Below, in pieces: positions 1 through 12,431 of a stretch of DNA of 64,000 nt (the stretch's first letter is position 1; the number at the start of each line of letters is the position of its first letter). The notes under the pieces are model-generated. The model ran no database searches. It was not told the origin of the DNA and was given only the letters and a program-made list of their open reading frames with translations. The stretch is from Octopus vulgaris (Eukaryota). The DNA lies in NCBI GenBank assembly GCA_951406725.2, contig OX597838.1:30070001-30134000 (forward strand), given 5' to 3'. The translations under genes and the position numbers were made by a program.

Positions 1-512
1 ATTGTTACGTATGATAGTTTCAAATTTCCTCATGGCTCCTTTATATACTCTGATCCTTTTTCTATGGTTGTATCCCAAGAACTGCATGCAGTGAACGAAG
101 TGTTGTATGTGTCTCTTTAACGCTCTGCAGGGTCACACATGCGGCACTCATTTCTCATTACCCTGATGAGATCTGCCATTAATATATTGAATTTGGCATT
201 GTCCGCGACAGCTGAGTTCCGGTGGATCATGTATTTGGAGGCCATAAATTTAGCAAAGTGTGAATGGAGGATTTGGGTTTTATTATTCACAGTTTCCAGC
301 GAGGGTTCTGTATCTAGTATTTGTAGTCTATGGTTAGGGTGTTTCGTAGGGTAGTCTATCGTAACCTTAATACTCTGGTGGATGGAGTTAGCTATTTGCT
401 GGATGCTCTCCACAGTATTAGTTTCTATTTCTATTTCAAGAGTACTCTCTTGTGGGGGTGTCTTTACCCACTATGTTGATATCATCGACATAGCGAGAGA
501 ACATATTTATGA
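1..512 (-). mobile_element. Penelope-like element reverse transcriptase fragment (degenerate)
   Basis: The minus strand near 470-510 reads INMFSRYVDDINIV (YVDD catalytic motif). ORF 117-413 (LQILDTE...ILHSHFAKFMASKYMIHRNSA...KFNILMADLIRVMRN) resembles the PLE RT thumb region. Stops and frameshifts are present. Confidence 0.7.
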
Positions 513-513
513 G

Positions 514-682
514 TATCAGACGGGAAGATATCAGAGGGAAAATATCAGACGAGAAGATATCAGACGATAGGATATCAGAGGGGAAGATATCAGAGGGGAA
601 GTTATCAGATGGGAAGATATCAGACGGGAAGATATCAGAGGGGAAGTTATAAGACGAGAAGATATCATACGGGTGATATCAC
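514..682. repeat. 15-bp minisatellite (GATATCAGACGGGAA-like)
   Basis: About 11 imperfect tandem copies are visible. Confidence 0.85.
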
Positions 683-783
683 ACAAGGAGCTTCGTTGTT
701 TTTTTTTTATTTTGTATGTTTTGTTTCTTTATATATAATTATTTTTACACCATGATTTTCTTGCTCTTATTTCGATTATTCAG

Positions 784-853
784 CTTGGAAATGCTGCGAT
801 ATTAAAGGACGCGAACTCTGACAACCTGGATGAGCTTTTAATTGAATTAGAAC
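784..853 (+). CDS. VWA gene 1, second coding exon (end of signal peptide / pro-region: LGNAAILKDANSDNLDELLIELE)
   Basis: ttattcag acceptor, gtaagt donor, 70 nt, phase 0-1. Homologous in position and phase to the gene 2 exon starting FGQA. The ATG exon was not found in the window. Confidence 0.75.
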
Positions 854-992
854 GTAAGTTGAATAATTTTTTCTTTTATTCTTCTACTTGCTTCAATCGT
901 TAGATCGCGACCACGCTGGGGCACCGCCATGAAGAATTTCTAGTCGAATAAATCGACATTTATTTTGTTATTTTGTTAAAAGCCTAGTACTT

Positions 993-1570
993 AGGCGGCG
1001 AGTTGGCAGAGTGGTTAGCACGCCGAGCGAAATGCTTAGCAGTATTTCGTCTGCTATTACGTTCTGAGTTCAAAATCCGTCGAGGTCGACTTTGCCTTTC
1101 ATCCTTTCGGGGTCGATAAATTAAGTACCAATTACGCAATGGGGTCGGTATAATCGACTTAATCCGTTTGTCTGCCCTTGTTTGTCCCCTCTGTGTTTAG
1201 CCCCTTGTGAGTAGTAAAGAAATAGGTATTTCGTCTGCTGTTACGTTCTAAGTTCAAATTCCGTCGAGGTCGACTTTGCCTTTCATCCTTTCGGGGTCGA
1301 TAAATTAAGTAAAATTACGCAATGGGGTGGTATAATCGACTTAATCCGTTTGTCTGTCCTTGTTTGTCCCCTCTGCGTTTAGCCCCTTGTGGGTAGTAAA
1401 GAAACAGGTATTTCGTCTGCCGTTACGTTCTTAGTTCAAATTCCGCCGAGGTCGACTTTACCTTTCATCCTTTCGGGGTCGATAAATTAAGTACCAGTGA
1501 AACACTGGGGTTCATGAAATGCACTTAATTCCCTCCCCCAAGATGCCCTTGTGGCAAAAATTTGAAATCA
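993..1570 (+). mobile_element. tRNA-derived SINE family A (GCCTTTCATCCTTTCGGGGTCGATAAA core), tandem array of about 3 bodies
   Basis: GGCGGCGAGTTGGCAGA head, GAGTTCAAAT B-box-like motif, and a ~181-bp body repeated head-to-tail. The family recurs throughout the window. Confidence 0.85.
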
Positions 1571-1727
1571 TCATCATCATCATTATTTTTATCATTGCTG
1601 TTATTGTTGTGGTCGTTCTTGTTGTGATCATCGTCGTTTTTAAGCGCAATTGCGTGACTTCCAACATTCTTATTCTGTCTCCCCACTGTTTCCATATAAT
1701 TTATTAACTTATTTTTTCTTTTGTTAG

Positions 1728-1772
1728 GAAAACGAAGTAACGACGTTATAGAAGATGATGTTCTGGCTAAAA
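1728..1772 (+). CDS. VWA gene 1 exon (RKRSNDVIEDDVLAK)
   Basis: ttttgttag acceptor, gtaagt donor, 45 nt, phase 1-1, keeps frame into the VWA1 exon. Confidence 0.75.
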
Positions 1773-1937
1773 GTAAGTACACACCAACTCCGCATTTGTC
1801 TCTCTTTGGCTTTCTTGTCCAAGAATTTAATCATTGATCCAAAATATTTTTCGATTATAGGGAATATCGCCATAAACATTTTTGCCGTAAGAAGCGTTAC
1901 CGTATTCACAATAACAGAGCTAATTGTATAAGCATTA

Positions 1938-2345
1938 TCTCTCTCTATATAAACGGCAGTTTGTCTGTCTGTGTGTCTGTGTGTCTGTCAGGTTGTACCC
2001 TCACCCTGACCACGGCTTTCAACCGATTCTGATGAAACTTGACGCACACATAGCCAAATGTCATAATTCAAAACTAACGCAGCGAAAATTTTGAAAAGTT
2101 CCCCCAGTTCTGACAAAAATCGATAAATTCGACATGGGGTCCTGAATCTAAACTTTTTATATGCAACACATTTTCTGTCGGGAGACAGCTAGGAACATCG
2201 TATACATAGAAGTATTCGAGTGAAGAGAAGACATTGCAACCTACACATGCGCCTTCGTTCCCTAGAGGGAAAGAACTAGATTGGGATTAGTCGTTGCCTA
2301 CTAGGAGCTCTTAAATACCCGGGCAACGCCGGGCTATGCTGCTAG
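1938..2345 (+). mobile_element. Non-autonomous Helitron, copy 1
   Basis: A|TC 5' end (TCTCTCTCTATATAAA), 3' GC hairpin CCCGGGCAACGCCGGG followed by CTAG, no TSD. Confidence 0.8.
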
Positions 2346-2728
2346 TCTCTCTCTATATAAACGGCAGTTTGTCTGTGCGTGTTTCTGTGTGTCTGTTTGC
2401 TTGTACCCTCACCCTGACCACGGCTTTCAACCGATTCTGATGAAACTTGACACACACATAGCCCAATGTCATAATTCAAAACTAACGCAGCGAAAATTTT
2501 GAAAAGTTCCCCCAGTTCTGAAAAAAATCGATAAATTCGACATGGGGTCGACAATCAGAAACACGCACCACAAACTGTCTAGGGGACGCAACTCCACCTT
2601 TTTTAACTAAAAAAAAAAATTTACCATCATTTTTTTCCATTTTTTTGCTATTTTTTGGCTATAACTCTCTAAAAATGCTTTATAGTTATTTCCCTTACAA
2701 ACTGAGCAACGCCGGGCGATACTGCTAG
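2346..2728 (+). mobile_element. Non-autonomous Helitron, copy 2 (head-to-tail with copy 1)
   Basis: Starts TC immediately after the CTAG of copy 1 and ends GCAACGCCGGGCGATACTGCTAG|T. Confidence 0.8.
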
Positions 2729-2940
2729 TTTAAAATAAAAACAAAAAAAAAAGATTTCATAAAAGCATTAAATTAAAAAAGTCTTTATTCAATGTCTTTA
2801 TTCAAAGTCTTGAGTAACGAAAAGGAAGCAGATTCAGAATATTTTCTGAGAATATGCACTTTCAAGTCTTCTTCAAAATTGCAGTCGTTTGAAACGAAAT
2901 GTTCGGCAAGTTCTGTCGAACTACTGTTATTGTGTATGAA

Positions 2941-3447
2941 GTGGAGGTGCAATGGCCCAGTGGTTAGGGCAGCGGACTCGCGGTCGTAGGATCGCGGTTT
3001 CGATTCCCAGACCGGGGCGTTGTGAGTTTTTTATTGAGCGAAAACACCTAAAGCTCCACGAGGCTCCGGCAGGGGATGGTGGTGATCCCTGCTGTACTCT
3101 TTCACCACAACTTTCTCTCACTCTTACTTCCTGTTTCTGTTGTGAGTGTTTATTGAGCGAAAACACCTAAAGCTCCACGAGGCTCCGGCAGGGGATGGTG
3201 GTGATCCCTGCTGTACTCTTTCACCACAACTTTCTCTCACTCTTACTTCCTGTTTCTGTTGTACCTGTATTTCAAAGGGGCCGGCCTTGTCACTCTCTGT
3301 GTCACGCTGAATATCCCCGAGAACTGCGTTAAGGGTACATGTGTCTGTGGAGTGCTCAGCCACTTACACGTTAATTTCACGAGCAGGCTGTTCCGTTGAT
3401 TGATTCGGATCAACCGGAACCCTCGTCGTCGTAACCGACGGAGTGCT
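2941..3447 (+). mobile_element. tRNA-derived SINE family C, with internal ~120-bp duplication
   Basis: Head GGAGGTGCAATGGCCCAGTGGTTAGGGC (A box) and GGTTTCGATTCCC (B box). Another copy lies at 12432-12780 on the minus strand. Confidence 0.8.
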
Positions 3448-3862
3448 TCCATCCATCCATGGTGTATGAGGAGAAACATTTTTGCCGGTTATTAACATCA
3501 CGCCCAAGAAAAATGAATGAAATGGCAGGAGAATATCATCAAATTTGTACAAAACTGTTTGATTGAATCTTCTTTTTCTTTCCTTTTTTCTCTCGCTTCT
3601 TTTCTGCCATTTTCTTTTCGCCTGTTATAAAATTGAAACTTAAAGACTGATGGTGTCGTTCCATCAACGCGTGGACGTTGGTTGCTCTCGTTCATACTTT
3701 ACATTTAAATTTCTATAATTTTGAATGTTTATCACTTTTTATTTTGAACTCGACAAAGACAGACTTACTGTCTTTCAACCAATAAAAGATCTTTTACAAT
3801 CGCTTCGTGCTCTTCGTCTTGTCTGTTTACTTTTGTGAAGAGTTACGTCAATCCTTTAAGAA

Positions 3863-3944
<82 letters not shown>

Positions 3945-4542
3945 GAGTGAGAGAGCAGTGAATGCCATCAAAGTGACACTGTGGTGATATATACGAAGCC
4001 CAGTATACCCATCATGACTACCCGTCTGATAAGGATACACTAGGCACATGCATCACAACCATATGTGCGCGACATGGTGATCTCATATCAAGATAAACAG
4101 CACATGACCTTGCAGGTGGGGCCCAGTTAGAATTTCCTCTGGTCGAGTAACCCATCCCGCTCAAAAGGTCCCTCAATAAGGGTTGTTTAAGGATGTTGAA
4201 CGAAACACCCATGTTTCCAGAGGTGAATTATTCAAACCCCAAAGAATCCCTCTCAACACATGGCTATGATGCTCCCTCAATACTACTGTTCATGATCAGA
4301 GATGCACATATCGTCAGCCACCAAGGGACATGCTCAATTGCTTAAGGTCAAACAACTGACAGCCACCAAGGGACATGCTCAACTGCTTAAGGTCAAACAA
4401 CTGACAATCAAATCTGTGGTATTGAGCAGAATATTTGCTGTAGCTCATCTTTTATACCAAGACAAAACAATGTACATGATAACACTTCCAATCAGTTAAG
4501 ATCAGAAGCCACGAGATCCACTGTCTGGTACTGCATCAGGGC

Positions 4543-4545
<3 letters not shown>
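3945..4545 (-). mobile_element. ~560-600-bp non-coding interspersed repeat inserted in (TAA)n
   Basis: Near-identical to 26284-26841, with both copies flanked on both sides by (TAT/TAA)n. This copy has a 39-bp internal duplication. Confidence 0.8.
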
Positions 4546-4598
<53 letters not shown>

Positions 4599-4603
4599 TT
4601 ATT

Positions 4604-4719
<116 letters not shown>

Positions 4720-4723
4720 CATT

Positions 4724-5345
4724 ATTCAGTAGTTTTATTTTTATAGCGTGCTTTCACTTCACTACCGAGCACAGCTCTGTGTGCCTTGGGTATGTGCTGT
4801 GATTTGTTGTGATGCTCTGATGGTTATTGTATGGAAAGTGTTCTGCGTAGGATGTGTGCAGTGCCTAGTAGTGCAATTTTCTGTATGTTATATGTGTTTG
4901 TAAGTCCTGGTGTTTTTGTTATGTATTTGTCTGAATATTTTTTTATCATGCCTAATGCACCTACTATGATAGGAATTGTTTCTGTTTTCAGATTCCACAT
5001 TCTAGTTACCTCTATTTCCAGGTCTTTGTATTTTGAGAGTTTCTCCATTTCTTTTAGAGACACGTTGTCATCAGCCGGTATTGATAGATCAATTAGAATG
5101 CATTTTTTTTCTTCATGATCTCTGACAACTATATCTGGTCTGTTGGCCTTAATTTCTCTATCTGTGTGTATCGGCATATCCCAGAGTATGGTTGCTTTCT
5201 CGTTTTCTGTGACCTTTTCTGGTGTGTGCCTATACCATCTTTTTTCTGTTGTTATTCCATAATGTTGGCATAGCTTCCAGTGTATGTAGGTTCCAACTCT
5301 GTCATGTCTGTGAATATATTCCTTCTTAGCCAAGACTGGGCAGGT
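4724..5345 (-). mobile_element. R4/Dong-like non-LTR retrotransposon 3' fragment (restriction-like endonuclease domain)
   Basis: ORF 4824-5333 has RHD, RPDIVV...IDLSIP...EKLSKYKDL and C-terminal LLGTAHILRR. A short 3' UTR runs into (TAA)n. Confidence 0.85.
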
Positions 5346-5387
5346 AGAAATAATATGATTTATTGTTTATTATTTATTGATTTATTG

Positions 5388-6317
<930 letters not shown>

Positions 6318-6322
6318 CGTAG

Positions 6323-6886
6323 GTTGTGAAGGAAAGCCAGCCGAGATCGTGTATATCATCGATGACTCTCGCAGTATTCGTAAGAGCGATTTCGAGAAGC
6401 AGATCGCCTTTGTCGTTGATGTCACAAAAACGTTTCCCATCGGTGCTGATAAAGTGAGAGTCGGTGCTGTGACCTTTGGTGATAAAATTATTACAAAAAA
6501 TACATTCCCATTGACGAAGTACACTGACGAAAAAAGCCTCTTGGCTGGACTAGCTAACATTATATTCAGCCCAGATGACGGTGGAAGCACAGAGACTGCC
6601 AAAGCTATTTCATATGCACGTAAAAGTATATTCGTCGATTCCCGACCAGGTGTTGCGAAAATTGCCATTATACTCACCGACGGAGAGTCAACCGTAAAAT
6701 ACAAAACACTTGCAGAAGCAAAGTTAGCAAAGAGTCTCGGCATAACTATAATTACGATTGGTGTCGGCAGCAAAGTTGATGAAGCGGAACTGATAGAGGT
6801 CGCGAGTCCCGACAGTTCTTTCACTGTGAACAGCTTTGACGCGTTGCAGCAAATTAAAGTGAAATTAGGAATGAAAGCCTGTGAAG
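6323..6886 (+). CDS. VWA gene 1, VWA domain 1 exon (intact MIDAS DDSRS...T...TDG)
   Basis: tcgtag acceptor and g|gtgatt donor, 564 nt, phase 1-1. Reads CEGKPAEIVYIIDDSRS...VRVGAVTF...KIAIILTDG...IITIGVG...KACE, a collagen VI/matrilin-type VWA. Same length as the gene 2 exon. Confidence 0.93.
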
Positions 6887-6924
6887 GTGATTAAAAAAAA
6901 AAAATATATTTTATTAACATTTCC

Positions 6925-7253
6925 TCTTTTGTTTGATTCAGTCGTTTGACTGCGGCCATGCTGGGGCATCGCCTTGAAGAATTTTTAGTCGAACGAATCG
7001 ACTCAAGTAGTAGGTTTTTTTTTTTTTTTTTTTTCTTCACCTTAAAGCCTGAGTCTTATTCTATCTGTCGCTTTTGCCAAACCACTTGGATACGGTGACG
7101 TAAACAGACCAACACAGGTTGAGAAGCAGTGGTGTGTGTGTGTGTGTGGGGGGGAGAAACATAGACACAGACATACCGACATACAGACACACACACGCAT
7201 GCACTCACACACGCATACTCACACACACACACGCATACGCACACACACACACA

Positions 7254-7289
<36 letters not shown>

Positions 7290-7455
7290 TACACACATTT
7301 ACGACGGGCTTCTTCTCAGTTTCTGTCCACGAAATCCTCTCACAAGGCCTTGGTCGGCAAGTAGAAGACACTTGCCCAGGTGCCACGCGGTAAGTTAGAA
7401 CCCAAAACCATGTGATCGTGGAGTAAACTTCTTACCACGCAGACAAGCCCGCACC
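6925..7455 (-). mobile_element. tRNA-derived SINE family B (CCTTGGGCAAGTG core, internal microsatellite), diverged
   Basis: Matches the family consensus seen at 24097-24498 and 36035-36440. Confidence 0.75.
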
Positions 7456-7614
7456 TAATTCCCCACCATCCAAAAAACTCCATAATTTCATCACTCATCG
7501 TCTTACTACGTCATCATTAGTATGATGACGTCTTACAACGTCATCATCAATTCGACCCCTTATTTCCTTAATTGTTTTTTCTATTTGCTGCTACCAAATA
7601 TCTTCATCTACAGT

Positions 7615-8971
7615 AAGAGTTCTGAACAGGGGTCCATATGGCCCTTGAAGGTCCATATAAAATTTTTGGGATCCACCACAACAAGATGGTAAATTAGGGA
7701 CCCACAATAGTATTTTAAGGGGCTCCTGGAAAAATTTTGCTTTGGATGTATGTATTATTCTTTATTGTAGGAAAGGCGGCAAGTTGGTAGAGTGGTTAGA
7801 ACGCCGGGCGAAATGCTTGGCGGTATTTCGTCTGCCGTTACGTTCTGAGTTCAAATTCTACCGAGGTTGACTTTGCCTTTCATCCTTTCGGGGTCGATTA
7901 AATAAGTACCAGTTACGCACTGGGGTCGATATAATCGACTTAATCCGTTTGTCTGTCCTTATTTGTCCCCTCTGTGTATAGCCCCTTGTGGGTAGTAAAG
8001 AAATAGGTATTTCGTCTGTCTTTACGTTCTGAGTTCAAATTTCGCAGAGATCGACTTTGCCTTTCATCGTTTCGGGGTCGATAAATTAAGTACCAGTTAC
8101 GCACTGGGGTCGATATAATCGACTTAATCCGTTTGTCTGTCCTTATTTGTCCCCTCTGTGTATAGCCCCTTGTGGGTAGTAAAGAAATAGGTATTTCGTC
8201 TGTCTTTACGTTCTGAGTTCAAATTTCGCAGAGATCGACTTTGCCTTTCATCGTTTCGGGGTCGATAAATTAAGTACCAGTTACGCACTGGGGTCGATAT
8301 AATCGACTTAATCCGTTTGTCTGTCCTTATTTGTCCCCTCTGTGTATAGCCCCTTGTGGGTAGTAAAGAAATAGGTATTTCGTCTGTCTTTACGTTCTGA
8401 GGTCAAATTCCGCAGAGATCGACTTTACCTTTCATCTTTTCGGGGTCAATAAATTAAGTACCAGTTACGCACTGGAGTCGATATAATCGACTTAATCCGT
8501 TTGTCTGTCCTTATTTGTCCCCTCTGTGTATAGCCCCTTGTGGGTAGTAAAGAAATAGGTATTTCGTCTGTCTTTACGATCTGAGTTCAAATTCCGCAGA
8601 GATCGACTTTGCCTTTCATCGTTTCGGGGTCGATAAATTAAGTACCATTTGCGTACAGGGGTAGATCTAATCGACTGGCCCCCCCCACCTCCCACAAAAT
8701 TTCGGGCCTTGTGCCTGGAGCAGAAAAGAGCAGAAACGGATTTAATGCAGGAAGCAGCTGGGTTTCTTTCTCTAACTTTTTCCTAGTTTCAAACGTATAC
8801 AAATTAATAATGTGAAAAACGAAATAGGAATTTTGAAAAAAAGTTTCTATAAAACTAGTTTTTAAACATCAAATGGCTATAGGGCAAGAGGTGGGGGGAA
8901 GCACCAGACTTGAATAATAATCCAAGGGGTCCATAGATTAAAAAAAAAAAAAAGGGGATTGAGAACTCCTG
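7615..8971. mobile_element. hAT-like MITE interrupted by a SINE A array
   Basis: Ends resemble (C)AGGRGTTCTNAAC...GTTGAGAACTCCTG. Similar to the MITEs at 14480 and 60327. The halves are separated by SINE A at 7774-8730. Confidence 0.5.
7774..8730 (+). mobile_element. SINE family A tandem array (about 5 bodies of ~183 bp behind one head)
   Basis: Repeated GGTATTTCGTCTG...AGTAAAGAAATA units. Confidence 0.9.
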
Positions 8972-8984
8972 ATCTTTATTCGTT

Positions 8985-9511
8985 TATTCTTTTACTTGTT
9001 TCAGTCATTTGACTGCGGCCATGCCGGAGCATCGCCTCAAGGGGTTTTAGTCGGAAAAAATCGACCTCAGGACTTATTCTTTGTAAGCCTAGTACTTATT
9101 CTATTGGTGTCTTTTTCCGAACCGCTAAGTTGCGGGGACGTAAACACACCAGCATCGGTTGTCAAGCGATATTCGTGGGGACAAGCACAGACACACAAAC
9201 ATACACACACACACATACACACACACACACACACACATACATACATACATACATACATACATACATACATACAAACACACATATATACATATATACACAC
9301 ATACATATATATATATACATACATGTATACGACGGGTTTCTTTCATCGCCTCAAGGGGTTTTAGTCGAAAAAATCGACCTCAGGACTTATTCTTTGTAAG
9401 CCTAGTACTTATTCTATTGGTGTCTTTTTCCGAACCGCTAAGTTGCGGGGACGTAAACACACCAGCATCGGTTGTCAAGCGATGTTCGTGGGGACAAGCA
9501 CAGACACACAA

Positions 9512-9550
<39 letters not shown>

Positions 9551-9839
9551 TACATACATACATACATACATACATACATACATACATACATACATACATA
9601 CAAACACACATATATACATATATACACACATACATATATATATATATACATACATGTATACGACGGGTTTCTTTCATCGCCTCAAGGGGTTTTAGTCGAA
9701 AAAATCGACCTCAGGACTTATTCTTTGTAAGCCTAGTACTTATTCTATTGGTGTCTTTTGCCGAACCGCTAAGTTGCGGGGACGTAAACACACCAGCATC
9801 GGTTGTCAAGCGATGTTCGTGGGGACAAGCACAGACACA

Positions 9840-9875
<36 letters not shown>

Positions 9876-10205
9876 TACATACATACATACATACATACAA
9901 ACACACATATATACATATATACACACATACATATATACATATATACATACATGTATACGACGGGTTTCTTTCATCGCCTCAAGGGGTTTTAGTCGAAAAA
10001 ATCGACCTCAGGACTTATTCTTTGTAAGCCTAGTACTTATTCTATCGGTCTATTTTGCCGAACCGCTAAGTCACGGGGAGATTAACACACCAACATTATA
10101 TTTATATAATGGAAGACATTCACCCAAGGTGTCTCGCAGTGGGACTGAACCCGAAGCTATATGGTTGGGAAATAAACTTCTTACCACATGGCTATGCTTG
10201 CGCCT
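8985..10205 (-). mobile_element. SINE family B tandem array (about 3.5 units of ~310-330 bp)
   Basis: The unit CATCGCCTCAAGGGGTTTTAGTCG...(CA/CATA)n...GACGGGTTTCTTT is repeated. Confidence 0.85.
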
Positions 10206-10356
10206 ATTGTTTATTTTATTTTATTTTATTTTACAGTTATTCTATTTTATTTTATTTTATTTTATTTTATTTTATTTTATTTTATTTTACAGTTATTCTA
10301 TTTTATTTTATTTTATTTTATTTTATTTTATTTTATTTTATTTTATTTCATAACAG

Positions 10357-10491
10357 CGCCCACTACGATACCTCCACCCACAACAACACCTCCGCCCACT
10401 ACCACAACAACTCAGCCTACTACCACCACGACTCTGCCTACTACCACCACGACTCTGCCTACCACAACGACACCGATGCCAAAAGATGAAC
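10357..10491 (+). CDS. VWA gene 1, Pro/Thr-rich mucin-like linker exon (APTTIPPPTTTPPPTTTTTQPTTTTTLPTTTTTLPTTTTPMPKDE)
   Basis: taacag acceptor after a (TTTTA)n tract, gtgagt donor, 135 nt, phase 1-1, in frame with flanking exons. Confidence 0.88.
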
Positions 10492-10887
10492 GTGAGTATC
10501 GATACGTTTCTTTCTTGAACTGCTTCCATCTGTCCATCTGTCTTTCTGGTGATCTGTCTGTCCGTCTTTTGCCTGCCTGTCTGCCTGTCTGTCAGTTTGT
10601 CTGTCTATGTGCTTGTGTGTCTGCCAGTTTGTTTGTTAATCTGTCTGTCTCTCTAATTCCCTTGTGAAACTTGTCCCTTCTCATGTTTTCTCATCCTTTT
10701 TGTTCATTCAACATTATACAGCACAAATGGAATTAAACAAAAATACATACGATAAAGATAACCTTAAACATAATAATAATAATATGAAATTAATAATAAA
10801 TAATGAAGAAACTTCTACACAATACAATAAAACAACCTTGAAAAAATAATGATAGGCAAAGAACTAAATATAATAATAATAATAAAT

Positions 10888-11110
10888 AAAGACCCCCTTC
10901 GGTCATGAGTGACCATGGGTTTGCACCTAGAGAGTTACCCTCTGAGGCACAAGTCTGGGCAAGGTTGTTTTATGGAAGACCAGTAGTCGCCCATGCATAC
11001 CGGCCTCCCCTCTCCACGCCACCAGTGTTATCCAAGGGAAAGACAAAGGTCGATACAGCTTGGCACCTGTGACGTCGCAACTCATTTCTACAGCTGAGTG
11101 AACTGGAGTA
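10888..11110 (-). mobile_element. SINE family D 3' part
   Basis: Near-identical to 52688-52945. A plus-strand copy with tRNA head lies at 57596-57845. Confidence 0.75.
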
Positions 11111-11537
11111 CTCAATGAAAAATATACAAATCCCCAAAACCAATATATAATTGTAATAAACTACCTAAGAGGAGTGGAGGGAGAGACATTATTTGGTACA
11201 CACCTCCATTTTCATTGAATGTCAAGGGTCTAGCAAAAAAAAGTTTTTAAATATAGTTAAAAAAATGTTTTCCTAGGGATCATAAATATCATAATATATT
11301 TAATAGATCATCAATTAAAATATCCTTCTCTACAACACCAAACACAGGATCTGTTATCGCCTGTTCTAATAAAAGAAAAATTAACAAATATAAAAATAGC
11401 CATAATAATGATGACAATAGCAATAATAATAGTGATGATGATGGTAATGGTGATAAAAATAAAAATAATAATAGTAATAATAAGATAAGAACCAATAATT
11501 GGAGTTTATGTAGTACTCATAATACTGGAATACATAG

Positions 11538-11803
11538 TCACGTGACCGACCAGACCGTCAGATGTTGTTACACAATGTTCGCATTGCTTTTAGCCTTCAA
11601 ATGACGTCACCCCGCTGGCTAAGCGAGCAGAAGAAAGAGTGAGAGAAAGAGTACAGCAGGGATCCCCATCCCCTGCTGGAGCCTCGTGGAGCTTTTAGGT
11701 GTTTTCGCTCAATAAACACTCACAACGCCCTGTCTGGGAATCGAAACCGCGATCCTGCGACCGCGAGTCCGCTGCCCTAACCACTAGGCCATTGCGCCTC
11801 CAC
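11538..11803 (-). mobile_element. SINE C-head variant with alternative 3' tail
   Basis: Same tRNA head and body as 2941, but the tail is TCACGTGACCGACCAGACC...GCTAAGCGAGCAG on the plus strand. Another copy lies at 23612-23932. Confidence 0.75.
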
Positions 11804-12218
11804 ACTGGAATACATAATAATAATAATACTAATATAAAAAAATCTTAGCAAAATTCTAAATACAATACAAGTGAAAATATAGAAAATGCCTTAGACATTC
11901 ACCACAAGATAATAATAATATAAATAATAACTTAAAAGCAATAAATATACGTAATTCTACAACAAATAATAATACAATAAATTCAACAATAATACCACCG
12001 ACTGCAAATAACCCTAACAATAATAGATACGACATAGCTGAATATAAATACAATGATAAAAATAAGAATTGCTCCTGTAAAAATAATAAAAAAATATGTC
12101 CTTTAAATGTCCTTTAATCCCTTTGTCTGTCCTTGTTTGTCCCCTCTATGTTTAGCCCCTTGTGGGTAGTAAAGAAATATATTTATCCTGTACCGGCATT
12201 TATTTTTTAAAATTCCAG

Positions 12219-12386
12219 CCTGTGACAAAAACATAGACGTTAATTTCGTGTTTGACTCTGCAATGTTGGGTGACCAAAGTACAAAGGATGTTATTAGTTT
12301 CATCGAGAGTTCAATCTCTGAGAAGGACCTTGATAAAAGCAACATCAGGTTTGGAGCAGTTTCTGGACCTTGCGAGAAAGTGTATG
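12219..12386 (+). CDS. VWA gene 1, VWA domain 2 N-terminal exon (PCDKNIDVNFVFDSAMLG...RFGAVSGPCEKVY)
   Basis: ttccag acceptor, gtaagt donor, 168 nt, phase 1-1, identical length to gene 2 exon 53006-53173. Missed by the ORF track. Confidence 0.9.
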
Positions 12387-12431
12387 GTAAGTAAACTACA
12401 GTTATCAGCTTTTCCAATTAACGTATATCAT

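Noticed and set aside
752-805. ATG start for gene 1 inside the window
   Set aside because: The ATG at 752 is out of frame with the LGNA exon, and the in-frame upstream sequence has a stop. The signal exon is probably upstream of the window.
2941-3015. tRNA gene
   Set aside because: The tRNA-like head continues into a SINE body found in several copies, and the acceptor stem is not convincing.
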